Source of the DNA: Ascoidea asiatica JCM 7603 | Lineage: Eukaryota; Fungi; Ascomycota | NCBI GenBank assembly: GCA_001600695.1 | Contig: BCKQ01000004.1 | Coordinates: forward strand, 1,147,831-1,188,165 | Length of the DNA stretch: 40,335 bases | Direction: 5' to 3' | Shown: positions 23,220 through 34,033 of the stretch, piece after piece | Numbering within the stretch: the first letter of the stretch is position 1 | Layout of the letters: every line of letters starts with the position of its first letter | Notes under the pieces: model-generated | What the model was told of the DNA's origin: nothing | Database searches by the model: none | What the model saw: the letters and a program-made list of their open reading frames with translations, nothing else | Position numbers and translations under genes: made by a program

Positions 23220-23770
23220 TATCCGTGACCCCATAACCATGGTTTATCTGAATCCTGAATTGTGGTTGAGCTTACGTAATCCTCCCACCAAACAAAAAGA
23301 AATCGATCTGAGCTGTTTTCCACTTTTCACTTTTCACTGAGCCCACGATTCACCAATTTTAAAGTGTGAAAAAGATATCGAACACTTGTTAAAACAGAAA
23401 CACCATTGAAAATAAAATAATAATAATAATATCAATAATAACAACAATAATAGAATCAAAAAATAAAAAATTAAAGGTTTGAAAATCACTAATAAAGATT
23501 TGAAAAAAATTTTTAATTTTATATTGAATTGATTTACTTCTTTTATCTTTCTTTCATTTACTTAATTATCTTAATTCACTGGTTGAAATTATTCAATATT
23601 TGTTAAAATATTTAATATAACATTATTGAAATATTAATTTATTTTCATTTTTTTTTTGCATTTATTTTATATTTTTCAGTCATTTTCAATTCAATTTCAA
23701 TTCAATTTCAATTCAATTCCATTCAATTTAATTTACTTTAATTTAATTATATATTATATCTTATCTCATA

Positions 23771-26212
23771 ATGAGTTCTAGTAAATCTACTGGAATTCAG
23801 AGAACTTCAAATAGTTCTCCATCTAAAAGAGGTTTATCAAATACAAATAATAACAAAAACAGTAACAATACTACTACCAATAATAATAATAATAATAATA
23901 ATAAAATAATAAATAATGATAATGATAATGAAATAACACAATCTAATGAAACTAGTGATAATAATAATGATGATTCAATAGATGATATAATCTTTGATGA
24001 TCCAAAAAAATATGCTGAATATGAATTAAATAATATGAAAAATTCTTTAATTAAAGCTGAATCTATAATAATGCCAATTATTTTTACTTTATTAGCTTTT
24101 TTCACAAGAATGTATAAAATTGGTATAAATAATCATGTAGTTTGGGATGAAGCTCATTTTGGTAAATTTGGTTCTTATTATTTAAGACATGAATTTTATC
24201 ATGATGTTCATCCACCTTTAGGTAAAATGTTAGTTGGTTTATCTGGTTATTTAGCTAATTATAATGGTTCTTGGGATTTTCCAAGTGGTCAAGAATATCC
24301 TGAATATATAGATTTTATTAAAATGAGATTATTTCAAAGTTTTTTTTCAAGTTTATGTGTACCTTTTGCTTATTTTACTTGTAAAAGTATTGGTTTTTCA
24401 ATTTATTCAACTTGGTTATTTACTTTAATGGTTTTATTTGAATCTTCTTATGTTACCTTAGGTAGATTCATACTTTTAGATTCTCCTTTAATGTTATTTA
24501 CTGTCACCACTTTTTTTTGTTTAATTAGATTTCATAATGAAAATATTAAAAAAGATAATTCTTTTAATAGAAAATGGTGGAAATGGTTATTATTATTAGG
24601 TATTTCAATTGGTTGTGTATGTAGTGTGAAAATGGTTGGTTTATTTGTAACTTCATTAGTTGGAATTTATACAATTCATGATTTATGGTTAAAATTTGGT
24701 AATAAAAATTTAAAAAATTCAATTTATATAATTCATTGGATCTCAAGAATTTTTTCTTTAATTATTATACCAATGATTGTTTTTCTTTTATGTTTTAAAA
24801 TTCATTTTGAATTATTATGGCATTCTGGTCCAGGTGATGCAAATATGAATTCATTATTTCAAGCAAATTTAGTTGGTTCAAATGTTGGTATTGGTCCAAG
24901 AAATATTGCTATGGGACATTCATTAATTACAATTAAAAATCAAGGTTTATCTGGTGGTTTATTACATTCTCATGTACAAACTTATCCAGAAGGTTCCAAT
25001 CAACAACAAGTTACAACTTATTCTCATAAAGATTCAAATAATAATTGGAGATTTGAAAGATCAAGATTTGAAGAAAGTTTTAATTTTGAAATTAATGATA
25101 CTTTATTATTTAATGAATTTATTAAAGATGGTATGACAATTAGATTAATGCATCCAATGACTGGTAGAAATTTACATACTCATGAAGTTAATGCACCAGT
25201 TTCAAATTCTGAATTTGAAGTTGCTGGTTATGGTAATTTAACAATTGGTGATGAAAAAGATCATTGGATTATAGAAATTATGCATCAACAATCAGATGAA
25301 GATTCAAAAATTTTACATCCTTTAACAACATCATTTAGATTAAAATCTCCTGTATTAAATTGTTATTTAGGTACAACTGGTGAACAATTACCACAATGGG
25401 GTTTTTCACAAGGTGAAGTTGTTTGTCATAAAAATCCATTTAAAAGAGATAAAAGAACATGGTGGAATATTGAATTTCATGAAAATGAAAAATTACCACC
25501 ACCACCAGCAGATTTTAAATTACCAAAAACTAATTTTTTTAAAGATTTTATTCAATTAAATTTAGCAATGATGGCAACTAATAATGCTTTAGTTCCAGAT
25601 TCTGATAAACAAGATGATTTAGCATCATCATTTTGGCAATGGCCAACTTTAAATGTTGGTATAAGATTATGTTCATGGGCTGATGATACACCAAAATATT
25701 TTTTAATTGGATCACCTGCAACAACTTGGACATCAACAATTGGAGTTATTTTTTTTGCAATTTTAGTTATTTATTATATTTTAAGATGGCAAAGACAAAT
25801 TGATGATTTTCCATTAGTTACAGAATCTCAAACTCATAAATTAAATTTATTTTTAATGGGAGGTATTTATCCAATGTTTGGATGGGGTTTACATTATATG
25901 CCATTTGTTATAATGTCAAGAGTAACATATGTTCATCATTATTTACCTGCATTATATTTTGCAATGTTAGTTGGAACATATTTAATTGAATTAAGTACAT
26001 CAGGTTTAAGAACTTCAATTACAAAAAAAAATAAAATTATTGTATTTTTAATATATTTAATTTTATATTTATTTATAATTTTAACATTTATTTATTTTTC
26101 ACCAATAAGTTTTGGAATGATAGGTAAAAGTGAAGATTATACATATTTAAATTGGTTACCATCATGGAGAATTTCAAGTGAAAAAAGATGGGATTGGAAT
26201 TATGATGATTAA
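23771..26212 (+). CDS. PMT2: Dolichyl-phosphate-mannose:protein O-mannosyltransferase, PMT2 subfamily
   Basis: [35 protein letters not shown]-domain [31 protein letters not shown]. Confidence 0.95.
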   Translation: MSSSKSTGIQRTSNSSPSKRGLSNTNNNKNSNNTTTNNNNNNNNKIINNDNDNEITQSNETSDNNNDDSIDDIIFDDPKKYAEYELNNMKNSLIKAESIIMPIIFTLLAFFTRMYKIGINNHVVWDEAHFGKFGSYYLRHEFYHDVHPPLGKMLVGLSGYLANYNGSWDFPSGQEYPEYIDFIKMRLFQSFFSSLCVPFAYFTCKSIGFSIYSTWLFTLMVLFESSYVTLGRFILLDSPLMLFTVTTFFCLIRFHNENIKKDNSFNRKWWKWLLLLGISIGCVCSVKMVGLFVTSLVGIYTIHDLWLKFGNKNLKNSIYIIHWISRIFSLIIIPMIVFLLCFKIHFELLWHSGPGDANMNSLFQANLVGSNVGIGPRNIAMGHSLITIKNQGLSGGLLHSHVQTYPEGSNQQQVTTYSHKDSNNNWRFERSRFEESFNFEINDTLLFNEFIKDGMTIRLMHPMTGRNLHTHEVNAPVSNSEFEVAGYGNLTIGDEKDHWIIEIMHQQSDEDSKILHPLTTSFRLKSPVLNCYLGTTGEQLPQWGFSQGEVVCHKNPFKRDKRTWWNIEFHENEKLPPPPADFKLPKTNFFKDFIQLNLAMMATNNALVPDSDKQDDLASSFWQWPTLNVGIRLCSWADDTPKYFLIGSPATTWTSTIGVIFFAILVIYYILRWQRQIDDFPLVTESQTHKLNLFLMGGIYPMFGWGLHYMPFVIMSRVTYVHHYLPALYFAMLVGTYLIELSTSGLRTSITKKNKIIVFLIYLILYLFIILTFIYFSPISFGMIGKSEDYTYLNWLPSWRISSEKRWDWNYDD

Positions 26213-27330
26213 TTTATAAATAACTTATTAATTTATATACTTTTATATACAATATATTCATTTTATATTTTTTGTTGTATATTAAAAAAAAAAAAAAAAA
26301 AGAGATTATATAGTTATTTTTTAAATATTTTAAGCGTGAAATAAAAAAAATAAGGGAAAATAAATAAAAATACTACAAAACTTTACTTGTAATGATAATT
26401 CTGAATTCATTAATATCTGATATGATAAATATTTCAATATAGTTTAAGTGTCTTTAGATTTCAAAAACACATTAAATATTTCAATCATGATAGGCGAGTG
26501 TAAGTTTACACTTCTTTAGAGACTTTGAACTTTTCAATAAACAGCCCTTGTTTTTTTTTCATTCAAAATAATTCAATTCCTACATTTAATTCAATATTTT
26601 TATTTTTCAAATTCAAAACTGAAATAATATAAAAGAAACTGATTTCCTTTGATTTAATTCAATTTCTTCTTTTTATTTCCTTTTCTTTTCTTTATCTTCA
26701 GTAGGTTATACTAATAGTATAATTTATTTTTCTAGGAACAAAATAATTTTTTTATTTCTTATTCTAAGTTAAATGAATTAATTTATAAAACCAAGCTTAA
26801 TTAGTTGAATATAATTTGACATTACCAACAATAATGTAACAAATTATATTTCGTTCCTGTTTCTTAGATTAAATTTAATCATTCTAGTTAAAATTAATTG
26901 AAATAATTCATATTCTGATTCTTCAATCATTATAATTTAATTATTTTTTCTTAACCTAGATGATACATTATTACTATTATTATTTTTCAGACTATCTTTT
27001 CTTTTGATAGATTGAAAATACATAATCGGAATTTCCATTATTCATTAAGTTGAAATTGATTCCTTTATTTCCAATTGTCAATGAACTGACTTTTTTAAAG
27101 ATATTAAATCAATTGATAAATTTTTTTTCTTTTAGAATGTTTATTCTATTAAAATTAATCTCGATTTCTGTCTTTTTTAAAAGAACTAGTTGTTTGCCTA
27201 GTACTCAAGCAGTTCTCAAAGACCTAAACACAATAAAAAAATCTTTTTCAATCAGGATCAAGCAATTACTAAATTATCTTTAACCAGTTCTCCTTTGATT
27301 CACTTTATAAATTAACAAATAGTTTTCATT

Positions 27331-27375
27331 GAATTGAATTGAATTGAATTGAATTGAATTGAATTGAATTGAATT
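27331..27375. repeat. (GAATT)9 pentanucleotide microsatellite
   Basis: Directly visible upstream of MTR2. Confidence 0.9.
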
Positions 27376-27625
27376 GAAATAAGTTTTAATTCAAATTGGC
27401 ATTTAAATTTAAAGTCTGTGCACGTGACACTCGCCAATTTTCTATTTTTTTATTTTTTTATTTCTTTATTGCAGGATTGAAAAGAAATAAATAAATGAAA
27501 TAAATAAATGAAATAAATAAATAAATAGATAAATGAATGAATAAATAAAATAAATAATTGAGTAAACAAATCCAATTGTAAGAATAAATAAATATCAATT
27601 CAGAGGAATATAATAACTAAGCACA

Positions 27626-28165
27626 ATGGTGGATCAACAAACAACTGCTGTTCAAGATTTAATCAATCAATTACTTGATTCTTTAGATCTGTCTCCAACA
27701 AATAATGATCCAGCTTCAATAGAATCATATAAAAAAAATTTATTACCACAAATTTCTTCAAATTCTTGTAAAATTGTAATAAATTCAAATCCATTAAGTT
27801 CTAAATCTCTATTACAAGATTTTTTCATAAGAATTCCAACAACTCAACATACTTTTCAATCTTTTGATTATCATTTTATTCCAGGTTTAAATTTTATAAC
27901 TGTAATAATTAATGGTAAAATAAAATTTGATGAAAGTGGACAAAATAAACTTGGACAAACTGCAGATTTAATTCAAGATCAAACTTATACTCATTTACCT
28001 TTATCTTCAAATTTAAGTAAATTAAGACCAATTTGGGGTTCTCAATTTGGTTTTACTTTAAATTTAATAATTAATAGTGATGCTCCTCATTTTTATACTG
28101 ATTCAATAATATCTTTTATTTATAAAATTAATTATATACCTGATCAATCAAAAATTGAAGTATAA
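27626..28165 (+). CDS. MTR2: mRNA export factor Mtr2 (NTF2-like)
   Basis: TQH....DYH.IPG, K.KFDESG..KLGQ.A, RPIWGS.FG, Y.P.S..; matches yeast Mtr2. Confidence 0.88.
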   Translation: MVDQQTTAVQDLINQLLDSLDLSPTNNDPASIESYKKNLLPQISSNSCKIVINSNPLSSKSLLQDFFIRIPTTQHTFQSFDYHFIPGLNFITVIINGKIKFDESGQNKLGQTADLIQDQTYTHLPLSSNLSKLRPIWGSQFGFTLNLIINSDAPHFYTDSIISFIYKINYIPDQSKIEV

Positions 28166-28442
28166 CATAAATCATTTTCATGACTAGACTTCTGTTTACT
28201 AATTCATTCATTCATACAATTTACATTATTTATAATATATGAAATGGTTAACAATTATTTAAACTTTGCTTTCTAATAAACATTATTCAATTACTTAGTA
28301 CTCAATTACTATTATCGATGTTCAAATTAAAGATTTAATAATAAAATTTATCATTTAAATAAGAATAAAAAAAAATGTAAAGGAAAAGAGCTAAAGCAAG
28401 ACAAAAAAAATGAAGAAAATGAATGAATTTATATACTTTATA

Positions 28443-28473
<31 letters not shown>
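28443..28473. repeat. (TAAG)7 microsatellite, followed by (TA)n at about 28503-28523
   Basis: Directly visible in the MTR2/MES1 convergent terminator region. Confidence 0.85.
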
Positions 28474-28474
<1 letters not shown>

Positions 28475-28529
28475 TGCTTAAATAAAAAAAAACTAAATAG
28501 GTATATATATATATATATATATACGTGAA

Positions 28530-30947
28530 CTAAACTTGTTTACCATTAAATTTTAATTTCCATTCTTCAATTTTTGCACTATCAATACGTTTAAATAAAT
28601 ATTGAGCTTTATTAATACAATGTCCAGGTAAAATAATTTCTGGATTAATTTCATCTGGAATATATAATTCTGGTACATTTAAAATTTCATAAATAATTTT
28701 TGAAGTTTCTGGTATAAATGGTGAAAAAATTGAACTTGAAATATATATAAGATTTAATGCCATTGAAACAACACAATTTGATTTTTCTAAATTATTTTTA
28801 AATAATGAATTATCTAATTTATTTTCTTGTATAAATATATTACATTTTGTTGAAAATTGCATTGCAATTTCTAAACCTTTTTTAATATTAACATTATTCA
28901 TATTTTCATTATAATTTTTTAAAATTAAATTAAATTCATTTAAATTTTCTTTAAAATTTTTTAAATTTTTAATATAATTATAATTTGGTACAACACCATT
29001 ATAATTTTTATTAACAAATTTTATAACTCTATTAACAAAATTACCAAAATTTGCTAATAATTCATTATTATTTCTTGCAACAAAATCAGACCAAGAAAAT
29101 TGAGAATCTGCAGATTCTGGTCTAATTGAAATTAAATAATACCTCCAAACTGATGATGATAAACCAATATCTTTTGCATTATTACCAAATACACCAATTC
29201 TATCAGATTTTGAAAATTTTCCACCTTCATATTGTAAATATTCTGTACAATTTAAATGATATAACATTGTCCATGGATCTTTTGTACCAATTTCACTTGC
29301 TGGAAAAATAATTGTATGAAATGAAACATTATCTTTACCCATAAATTGATATAATTTAACATTATTTTTTGGAGTTTTCCACCATTGTTCCCAATCATCA
29401 GTATAATTTGCAGTTATAGAAATATAACCAATAGTTGCATCAAACCAAACATATAAAACTTTATTTTCAAAACCTTTTAAAGGTACTGGAGTACCCCAAA
29501 CTAAATCTCTAGTAATTGAAAATTCTCTTAAACCTTCTTTTAACCAAGAATTTGCAATAGTTTTTGAATTTTTTGTCCATTTACCAATTTTACTTTGTTT
29601 ATTAATAAATTCTTCAACATTTGGTTGTAAAATATCTAATTTTAAATAAATATGAGTTGTATTTCTTAATTCTGGAGTACCATTATCTAATTGACATTTT
29701 GGATTAATTAATTCTTCTGGAGATAATAATTTACCACATTTATCACATTGATCACCTCTTGCATTATCAGCATTACAATATGGACAAATACCTTGAACAT
29801 ATCTATCAGCTAAGAATTTATTATGAATTGGACAAAATAATTGTTTTATAGTTTTTTGTTGAAGATAATTATTTTTATATAATTTTAAAAAAATATCTTG
29901 AGAAATTAAAGTTTGTTTTTCAGTTGTTGTTCTACCAAAAAAATCAAAATCAATATTAAACCATTTATAAATATCTTTATGAATTTTATGATATTTATCA
30001 CATAATTCTTTTGGAGTACAATTTTCTTTAATTGCTCTAGTTTCAGTAGCAGTACCATATTCATCAGTACCACCAATAAATAAAACATTATAATTTTTTA
30101 ATTTTGCAAAACGTGAAAATACATCTGCAGATAATACAGAACCAACAATATTACCAAGATGTGGAACATTATTAACATAAGGTAAAGCAGAAGTTATTAA
30201 AATATTTTTTTTATTTAAATCTGGTAAAATTTTTTTATTTTTATTAATTGAATAAAAAGTTGAATTAATATTAATATTTGAAAGTTTTCTAATATTTGTA
30301 TTTCTTAATGGTTTAAATTGAATTTTTAAATTATTTAAAATTTCTTTTGAATTATTTAAAAAAATTTGAATATTTTTATTTGAATTAATTAAAATTTCAT
30401 TAAAATTATTAAACCAAATTAATAAATTATTATTTTTAAAAATTTCATTATTTCTATTGTTATTATTAATGATTGTAAATAATGAAGAATATAAAATAAT
30501 TTGTTCAATTGAATTAATATTAATTGGGAAATTTATTTCAAAATTATTATATTTTTTAATAAATTCATTATCTTTATCATTATCATTATTATTTTCATTA
30601 ATTTTTTTAATTAAATTAAATAAAATATCTTCTTCAAATTTTAAACATGAATTATTTTTTTTTAATAAAATTTTTGAATTATTTAAGATTGAAAATAAAT
30701 AAAATAAAATTGTATTTGAATCAAATAAACTAAAAGAATTATTATTTAAATTAATTAAATTTAAACGTGAATTGATAGTTGATTCAATTGAATCTGAATC
30801 ATTGTTATTATTATTATTGTCAATTAACTTTAGATTTAATTTCTTTTTGGAATTGAAGATTAAATTGAATAAATTAATCTTTAAGTAATCTGAAAGTACT
30901 AAAGGTGATGAAATTTTAGGTAAAGTGATAGAAAATGAAGAAGACAT
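28530..30947 (-). CDS. MES1: Cytosolic methionyl-tRNA synthetase
   Basis: ITSALPYVNNVPHLGN (HIGH), GTDEYGTATE, zinc-knuckle cysteines, YVWFDA, KFSKS (KMSKS); Asn-rich N-terminal extension. Confidence 0.96.
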   Translation of the reverse strand: MSSSFSITLPKISSPLVLSDYLKINLFNLIFNSKKKLNLKLIDNNNNNNDSDSIESTINSRLNLINLNNNSFSLFDSNTILFYLFSILNNSKILLKKNNSCLKFEEDILFNLIKKINENNNDNDKDNEFIKKYNNFEINFPININSIEQIILYSSLFTIINNNNRNNEIFKNNNLLIWFNNFNEILINSNKNIQIFLNNSKEILNNLKIQFKPLRNTNIRKLSNININSTFYSINKNKKILPDLNKKNILITSALPYVNNVPHLGNIVGSVLSADVFSRFAKLKNYNVLFIGGTDEYGTATETRAIKENCTPKELCDKYHKIHKDIYKWFNIDFDFFGRTTTEKQTLISQDIFLKLYKNNYLQQKTIKQLFCPIHNKFLADRYVQGICPYCNADNARGDQCDKCGKLLSPEELINPKCQLDNGTPELRNTTHIYLKLDILQPNVEEFINKQSKIGKWTKNSKTIANSWLKEGLREFSITRDLVWGTPVPLKGFENKVLYVWFDATIGYISITANYTDDWEQWWKTPKNNVKLYQFMGKDNVSFHTIIFPASEIGTKDPWTMLYHLNCTEYLQYEGGKFSKSDRIGVFGNNAKDIGLSSSVWRYYLISIRPESADSQFSWSDFVARNNNELLANFGNFVNRVIKFVNKNYNGVVPNYNYIKNLKNFKENLNEFNLILKNYNENMNNVNIKKGLEIAMQFSTKCNIFIQENKLDNSLFKNNLEKSNCVVSMALNLIYISSSIFSPFIPETSKIIYEILNVPELYIPDEINPEIILPGHCINKAQYLFKRIDSAKIEEWKLKFNGKQV

Positions 30948-31188
30948 TATTGATGAATAGTAATTCTAATGAAAAAAAAAAAGAATATAAGAATCTAAAT
31001 ATCTAAATAAATGATGATTTTATGAAATTGAATAGTGAAATCTTTTCAAGTTTTTTCAAATCTTTTTAAATCTTTCACTTCTGATGAATTGGAGAATTGT
31101 TTCTTTTAAATTGTTATTTAATTCTTTATTGTCGATTGATAAATTAGTCACAGTGAAAACGAAAAGAAATTTACAAAAGTTTCACAGA

Positions 31189-31340
31189 AGTCACATGACT
31201 GAAAAGTAAAAGTACCTCAAATATGGTCTCATTAAAGAAGGCCCAAATAACTGGACTCAAAAACAAATTCCAAGAAACTGGTCTCTAATAAGGGCTTCCA
31301 CAAATCTGGTCTCATTTAAAAGTACCTTTAATCTGGCTTC
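31189..31340. promoter_or_regulatory. Near-palindromic E-box AGTCACATGACT plus five-copy 27/28-bp periodic TGG(T/A)CTC-like array in the MES1/MUP divergent promoter
   Basis: Cores start at 31224, 31252, 31279, 31307 and 31334; AAAAGTACCT recurs 110 bp apart (31208, 31318). Confidence 0.55.
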
Positions 31341-31781
31341 AACTACATCACATGCTTTGCCGCGGGACTGATCCCAGCTCCCTCGGCCTCCCGGTTTTTG
31401 AACAGATTTTGTTTATTTGTTTATTTCTTTGTTTATTCATTTTATTGTTCTTTTTGATGTTAATTCAATTTGAAGTGAAATGAATTTGAGAAATGATTAA
31501 TGATTGAGAAATATGAATCAGTCTTCATTTTATTTCATTGATTCAATTAAAGATGTATAACTCCAGTCAATGACAAGTTAAGTTACTTTATCATGATTCA
31601 TTTCATTTCCTAAACGGATAAGAATTCCCAAAAGGCAAGATTCAGTTTTATTTCTAAAATATTAGATAAAGAATTACTGATTTAATATTTTAAATATAAA
31701 TAGAATGAAAAAGTATCTTTATTTATATTGTCATATTAACTAGATAATATCCAGTATTGTTATTATATTCTTTGATAAATC

Positions 31782-33581
31782 ATGCTTGAAAATAATACTA
31801 CTTTGAAAAAGAATTATAATAATATTGATGAATCTTCATCTTTATTATCAAATTCGAACTTGGGTTCTTCAACTTATCTGAATCAAAATAACAATAGTAG
31901 TAATGATAATCAATATAATCCATTATTGGAAATAGATGATGATGATCTAATAGATTTAAATATAAATTCTCCAATATTACCAACTTCTGGTAAAACTTCT
32001 TTAATTCCATTAGAAGAATCTCCTCATGGTAGAAATTTAGGAACTTATTCAACAATAATCTTATTTATTTCAAGAATGATAGGTTCTGGAATTTTTGCAA
32101 CTCCAGCTTTAGTATTTAAAGAAATGAATAATAATATAATTTTATTTTTCTTAATTTATTTTATTGGTTCTTTAATTTCATATTCTGGTTTATCTATTTA
32201 TTTAGAATTAGGTTCACTAATACCAAGATCTGGTTCAACAAAAATTTTCTTAGAATTTATTTTTCCAATTCCAAAATTCTTAGTTTCTATAATTTTTGGA
32301 ATTTTTACAATTTTATTTAATTTTTCTTCAACTAATGCAATTGTTTTTGCAAAATATTTTTTATTTTCTTTTCATTCTTCAATTGATAATGAAAATATTA
32401 ATAATATTAATACTTTTAATACTACTTACAATAATGATGACTTTCAAGTTAAATTATTTTCAATATCTTTAATAATTTTTGCATTTTTAATTCATTCATA
32501 TTCAAGAAATTTTGGTATATTTATTCAAAATTTAATTGGAACTTTTAAAATTTTAATTTTATTTATTTTAATTTTAATTAATTTATATGTTTTAATTTTA
32601 CCAACATATTTAACAAATATTAAAAAAATTCCAATAAATTTAAATTTAAATTTAAAAAATTTTAAAAATGATTTAATTTCAATAAAACCTTCAATTTATG
32701 CTTCTGCATTTTTAAAAGCAATTTATTCTTTTGGTGGTTGGACAACTGCACATTGTGTACAAAATGAAATTAAAAATCCAATAAAAACTTTAAAATTTTC
32801 TGCAAATTTTTCATTTTTTTTAATTTTTTTAATTTATATGATTATGAATTTAACTTATATTAAAATTATACCAATTAAAGATTTTTTAAAAAATGATGAA
32901 TTAATTGGTGCAATTTTATTTAAAAAATTATTTGGAGAATTAATTGGTAAAAAAATTTTATCATTAATAATTTCATTATCTGCTGCAAGTAATGTTTTAG
33001 TTGTAATTTTTTCAGATTCAAGATTAATTCAAGAAATTTCAAGAGAAGGTTTTTTACCATTTAATTTAAATAAAATTTTAAGTTTAAATTTAAAACCATT
33101 TAATACTCCAATTTTTTCAATTTTTTCAAATTCTTTAATTTCAATTATAATTATATTATTACCAAATGGTAAAAAAAATTTATATAATTTTTTAATTTCT
33201 ATGCAAATTTATCCAAATCAATTATTTCATGCAATTTTATGTATTGGAGTTTATAAAATTAGAAATAAATTTCCAAAAATTATTGCACCATTAAGAACAT
33301 TTCATTTTATGATTATATTTTGTTTTTTATCATCTTCATATATTGTTTTAGCACCAATTATTGATTTTTTTATAAGTAATAATAATAATGGTAATATTAA
33401 TGGTAATGGTAATGGATCTTATGCTATTGGTGGATTATTAACTTTAACAATTGGATTAATATATTGGATAATTTATATTAAAATTTTACCATTTTTTGGA
33501 AATTATAAAATTAAAAGAAAAATTGAAATTTTAGATGATGGTTTGAAGATTAAGAAATGGTATAAAGTTTATAATTACTGA
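31782..33581 (+). CDS. APC/LAT-family amino-acid permease, methionine permease (MUP1/MUP3)-like
   Basis: R.LGT.S...LFISRMIGSGIFATP, YLELGSLIPRSG, YSFGGW..AH.V.NEIKNP.KTL, SRL.QEI.REG.LPF. Confidence 0.85.
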   Translation: MLENNTTLKKNYNNIDESSSLLSNSNLGSSTYLNQNNNSSNDNQYNPLLEIDDDDLIDLNINSPILPTSGKTSLIPLEESPHGRNLGTYSTIILFISRMIGSGIFATPALVFKEMNNNIILFFLIYFIGSLISYSGLSIYLELGSLIPRSGSTKIFLEFIFPIPKFLVSIIFGIFTILFNFSSTNAIVFAKYFLFSFHSSIDNENINNINTFNTTYNNDDFQVKLFSISLIIFAFLIHSYSRNFGIFIQNLIGTFKILILFILILINLYVLILPTYLTNIKKIPINLNLNLKNFKNDLISIKPSIYASAFLKAIYSFGGWTTAHCVQNEIKNPIKTLKFSANFSFFLIFLIYMIMNLTYIKIIPIKDFLKNDELIGAILFKKLFGELIGKKILSLIISLSAASNVLVVIFSDSRLIQEISREGFLPFNLNKILSLNLKPFNTPIFSIFSNSLISIIIILLPNGKKNLYNFLISMQIYPNQLFHAILCIGVYKIRNKFPKIIAPLRTFHFMIIFCFLSSSYIVLAPIIDFFISNNNNGNINGNGNGSYAIGGLLTLTIGLIYWIIYIKILPFFGNYKIKRKIEILDDGLKIKKWYKVYNY

Positions 33582-34033
33582 ATTAATATAATTTGATTTG
33601 ATATTATTACTTCTTTTTTATATAAAGTTATATCATTCAATGAATAAGTTTTTCTCAGTAAAGTCTCTTTTTTTGATCTCACTTCTTTTGATTTCCGACA
33701 GTGGTGATTTGATATCAAATATTAATAAACATGATTAATCAATTAAACACTTCTTGTTTATTGATTATTGATTATTTGAATTTCTCCACTCTTTTTACTC
33801 TTTTTCTTCGTTTCTTTTCAATTTCCATTTTAAAACGGGTTGTTTTTATATTTTTTCATAATTTTGATTAAACACGCATTAAAAAAAAGAATAAACACAG
33901 ATTTAATTTGGTTAATTGTGTTAATATATTTGAATAGACTAAAATTTTTATTAGAGATTGTTTTATTAATCTTTTAATGCTTCCATGAATTGTGTGTTTT
34001 GATTGATAGTTAGTTGTGAAGAAATATTTCAAA

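Noticed and set aside
26400-27330. Possible hidden gene or pseudogene between PMT2 and MTR2, including the 77-aa ORF
   Set aside because: No consistent splice signals or recognisable protein similarity.
27331-27375. (GAATT)n as a heat-shock element
   Set aside because: Direct rather than inverted nGAAn units; similar AATTC runs occur elsewhere as plain microsatellites.
31011-31084. ATGATGA...CTGA as a box C/D snoRNA
   Set aside because: Low-complexity interior, no rRNA-complementary guide recognised, overlaps the MES1 leader on the opposite strand.
23211-31200. RTCACRTG boxes (23211, 27421, 31190) as CDEI of a point centromere
   Set aside because: No CDEIII-like CCG element at the appropriate distance after an AT-rich spacer; all lie in promoters.
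31224-31340. Periodic array as a CRISPR-like repeat-spacer locus
   Set aside because: Eukaryotic context, conserved core only about 7 bp, no cas genes.
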